Positions 62,679 through 64,000 of a DNA stretch of 64,000 nt are shown piece after piece. The stretch is from Sphagnum compactum (lineage: Eukaryota): positions 20,822,213 through 20,886,212 of the forward strand of contig OZ234493.1 in the NCBI GenBank assembly GCA_965153455.1, read 5' to 3'. Within the stretch, counting starts at the first letter, position 1. The number at the start of each line of letters is the position of its first letter. A model generated the notes under the pieces. It was not told the origin of the DNA. It did no database searches and saw only the letters and a list, made by a program, of their open reading frames with translations. Position numbers and translations under genes: made by a program.

Positions 62679-64000
62679 CTAACACATATCACTATCTACA
62701 ATCCCGTGTTTAGCGCGGTATGCAGCTGCTGCATTTGCAGCCTTTGCTGCATGACGAGCAGTGTACAAATGTCGGCATTGCATCTTTACTTGAATTGCAT
62801 TTGCAACAAACTGGGCCTTTGTTTGGTCCTGCACCCTGTAAACACCCAAAAATCACAAAATTAACCCTAAACACACCTTGGATGAAATACAATAAAAAAA
62901 CAATAAACATTACTTATTATTGTTTCTTACCTTCCATGAATCATTCTAGATTCATGAAAATCCAAAACATCTCCCAGCTGTTTTTTCCGAGATGTTTTAC
63001 TGGACTCTCGCTCCCAGTTCTTCACATCCCATGCCGTCTTTAATTCTCGTGCATATGCACAACGGGTGGATCGGATCGTCCCCTGTAAGTCTTCATCCTT
63101 CTCCATTCGTACAATTGCATCTGGTGCCACACTGCCCACGCCCCAAGCATTGAAGCCCAAAACCTTCAACAATTGTTCTTGGGCTAATTTGACCAAAGCA
63201 GGTTTTGGCAATGGTGGACACTGTTTTGCAATAACCACCAGGTGATTCCACTCGCGCTCTGCTTTGGCACGAGCACGACCAACAACTTTCTGGTCATTCC
63301 TCCTTTGAATAGCCATCGCATTTCCCAAAATGCGAGCGTTCATCTTGGCATGGTCCTGATGTCGAGGACCTCCTGTAGCAGTTGAAGGCTTACCAGGTTT
63401 GGACTTTTCTGCCACCAAACCATGTGCCTCCTTCAGATGCTTGGTCAATAGCCATTTTGCACAATATGCCACAGTGTAATTGCCGACTCTGCACTTCCAT
63501 ATAGACCCAACCTTTGTCCATTCCTTATCCTTCCGAGCCAAATTAGCTGGACAAACAAGTGCAAGTGGTTGAGAAGCTTGCTCAGTTTCTAGTTCCAATC
63601 CTAAACTCAAAAAATGAAAGTTCAAAAAACAGAATGCAGGTATTGCAAAACATCAAATCACAAAATCACATACTACTCCTATAAACATGAACTGTTTTAA
63701 GGTATTGCAGTAAAAAAAATTTGACAAAAAAATTCCCGCACCTTCCAACAAATGATGGAAGGTGCGGATATAATTAAACTTCAAGAAAACTTGTACAATG
63801 TTATTAATCTGTAATTAATCTAATGTCCTATCTTCTAATGTCCACAAATTCTAAAACAATCTATACCAATGCTATCCTTGTGTTTCAATTTTGATAGAGC
63901 ACAATTTTTTTCACCAATTTCCTGATCTGATGCAGCAACACTTCGATCATCAATTGCTTCATTTAATGTAGCGACATTTTGTTGGGCAGTTGCTGCATTT
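62679..64000 (-). CDS. MULE-borne zinc-finger-family gene, copy 3 (5' part outside the window; visible frame open)
   Basis: Exon 1 end at about 63915, exon 2 63600-62931, exon 3 62835-62679 (VQDQTKAQFVANAIQVKMQCRHLYTARHAAKAANAAAAYRAKHGIVDSDMC*). No stops seen, but the second finger Cys is Tyr. Confidence 0.72.

Larger units (their letters stand above)
57585..64000 (-). mobile_element. Non-autonomous MULE copy B, inverted relative to A and extending beyond the window
   Basis: TIR GGCCAGAGTGAACCAGCAGCCACCAATGCACCAGTTG at 57585. The interior is the reverse complement of about 57570-55830 followed by about 44560-41090, with no transposase. Confidence 0.88.

Noticed and set aside
62710-62910. Cys-rich ORF (CCKCNSS...CSSCSKGCKCSSC) resembling a metallothionein
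   Set aside because: Wrong frame. Splice phase puts exon 3 of the zinc-finger gene in another frame, and the Cys-rich frame has a stop in copy 2.

Overview
Eukaryotic plant DNA with spliced GT-AG genes and AT-rich intergenic sequence, probably from a bryophyte such as a moss (inference from gene and transposon content). Five host genes are supported: a TGA-class bZIP/DOG1 factor (3' end outside the window), a plastid-type rubredoxin, an intronless METTL6/Trm140-like methyltransferase, a convergent intronless DPPF-motif methyltransferase, and a 5-exon isoflavone-reductase/PCBER-like reductase. From about 27 kb onward the window is dominated by three copies of one Mutator-like (MULE) family with ~37-bp TIRs and 9-bp TSDs. 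Every copy carries a spliced C2H2 zinc-finger gene that shows purifying selection. In the largest copy this gene is convergent with a MULE/SWIM transposase, and the element is studded with repeats of a GGTATTGCA motif. This is the best candidate for an undescribed system: a MuDR/VANDAL-like accessory, possibly anti-silencing, module. TSD positions reveal two separate inversions. A Ty3/gypsy chromovirus is nested in the large MULE, with a -1 frameshift pseudoknot, an apparent self-priming PBS and a 155-bp tandem array. All exon coordinates were read by hand and no database searches were run.
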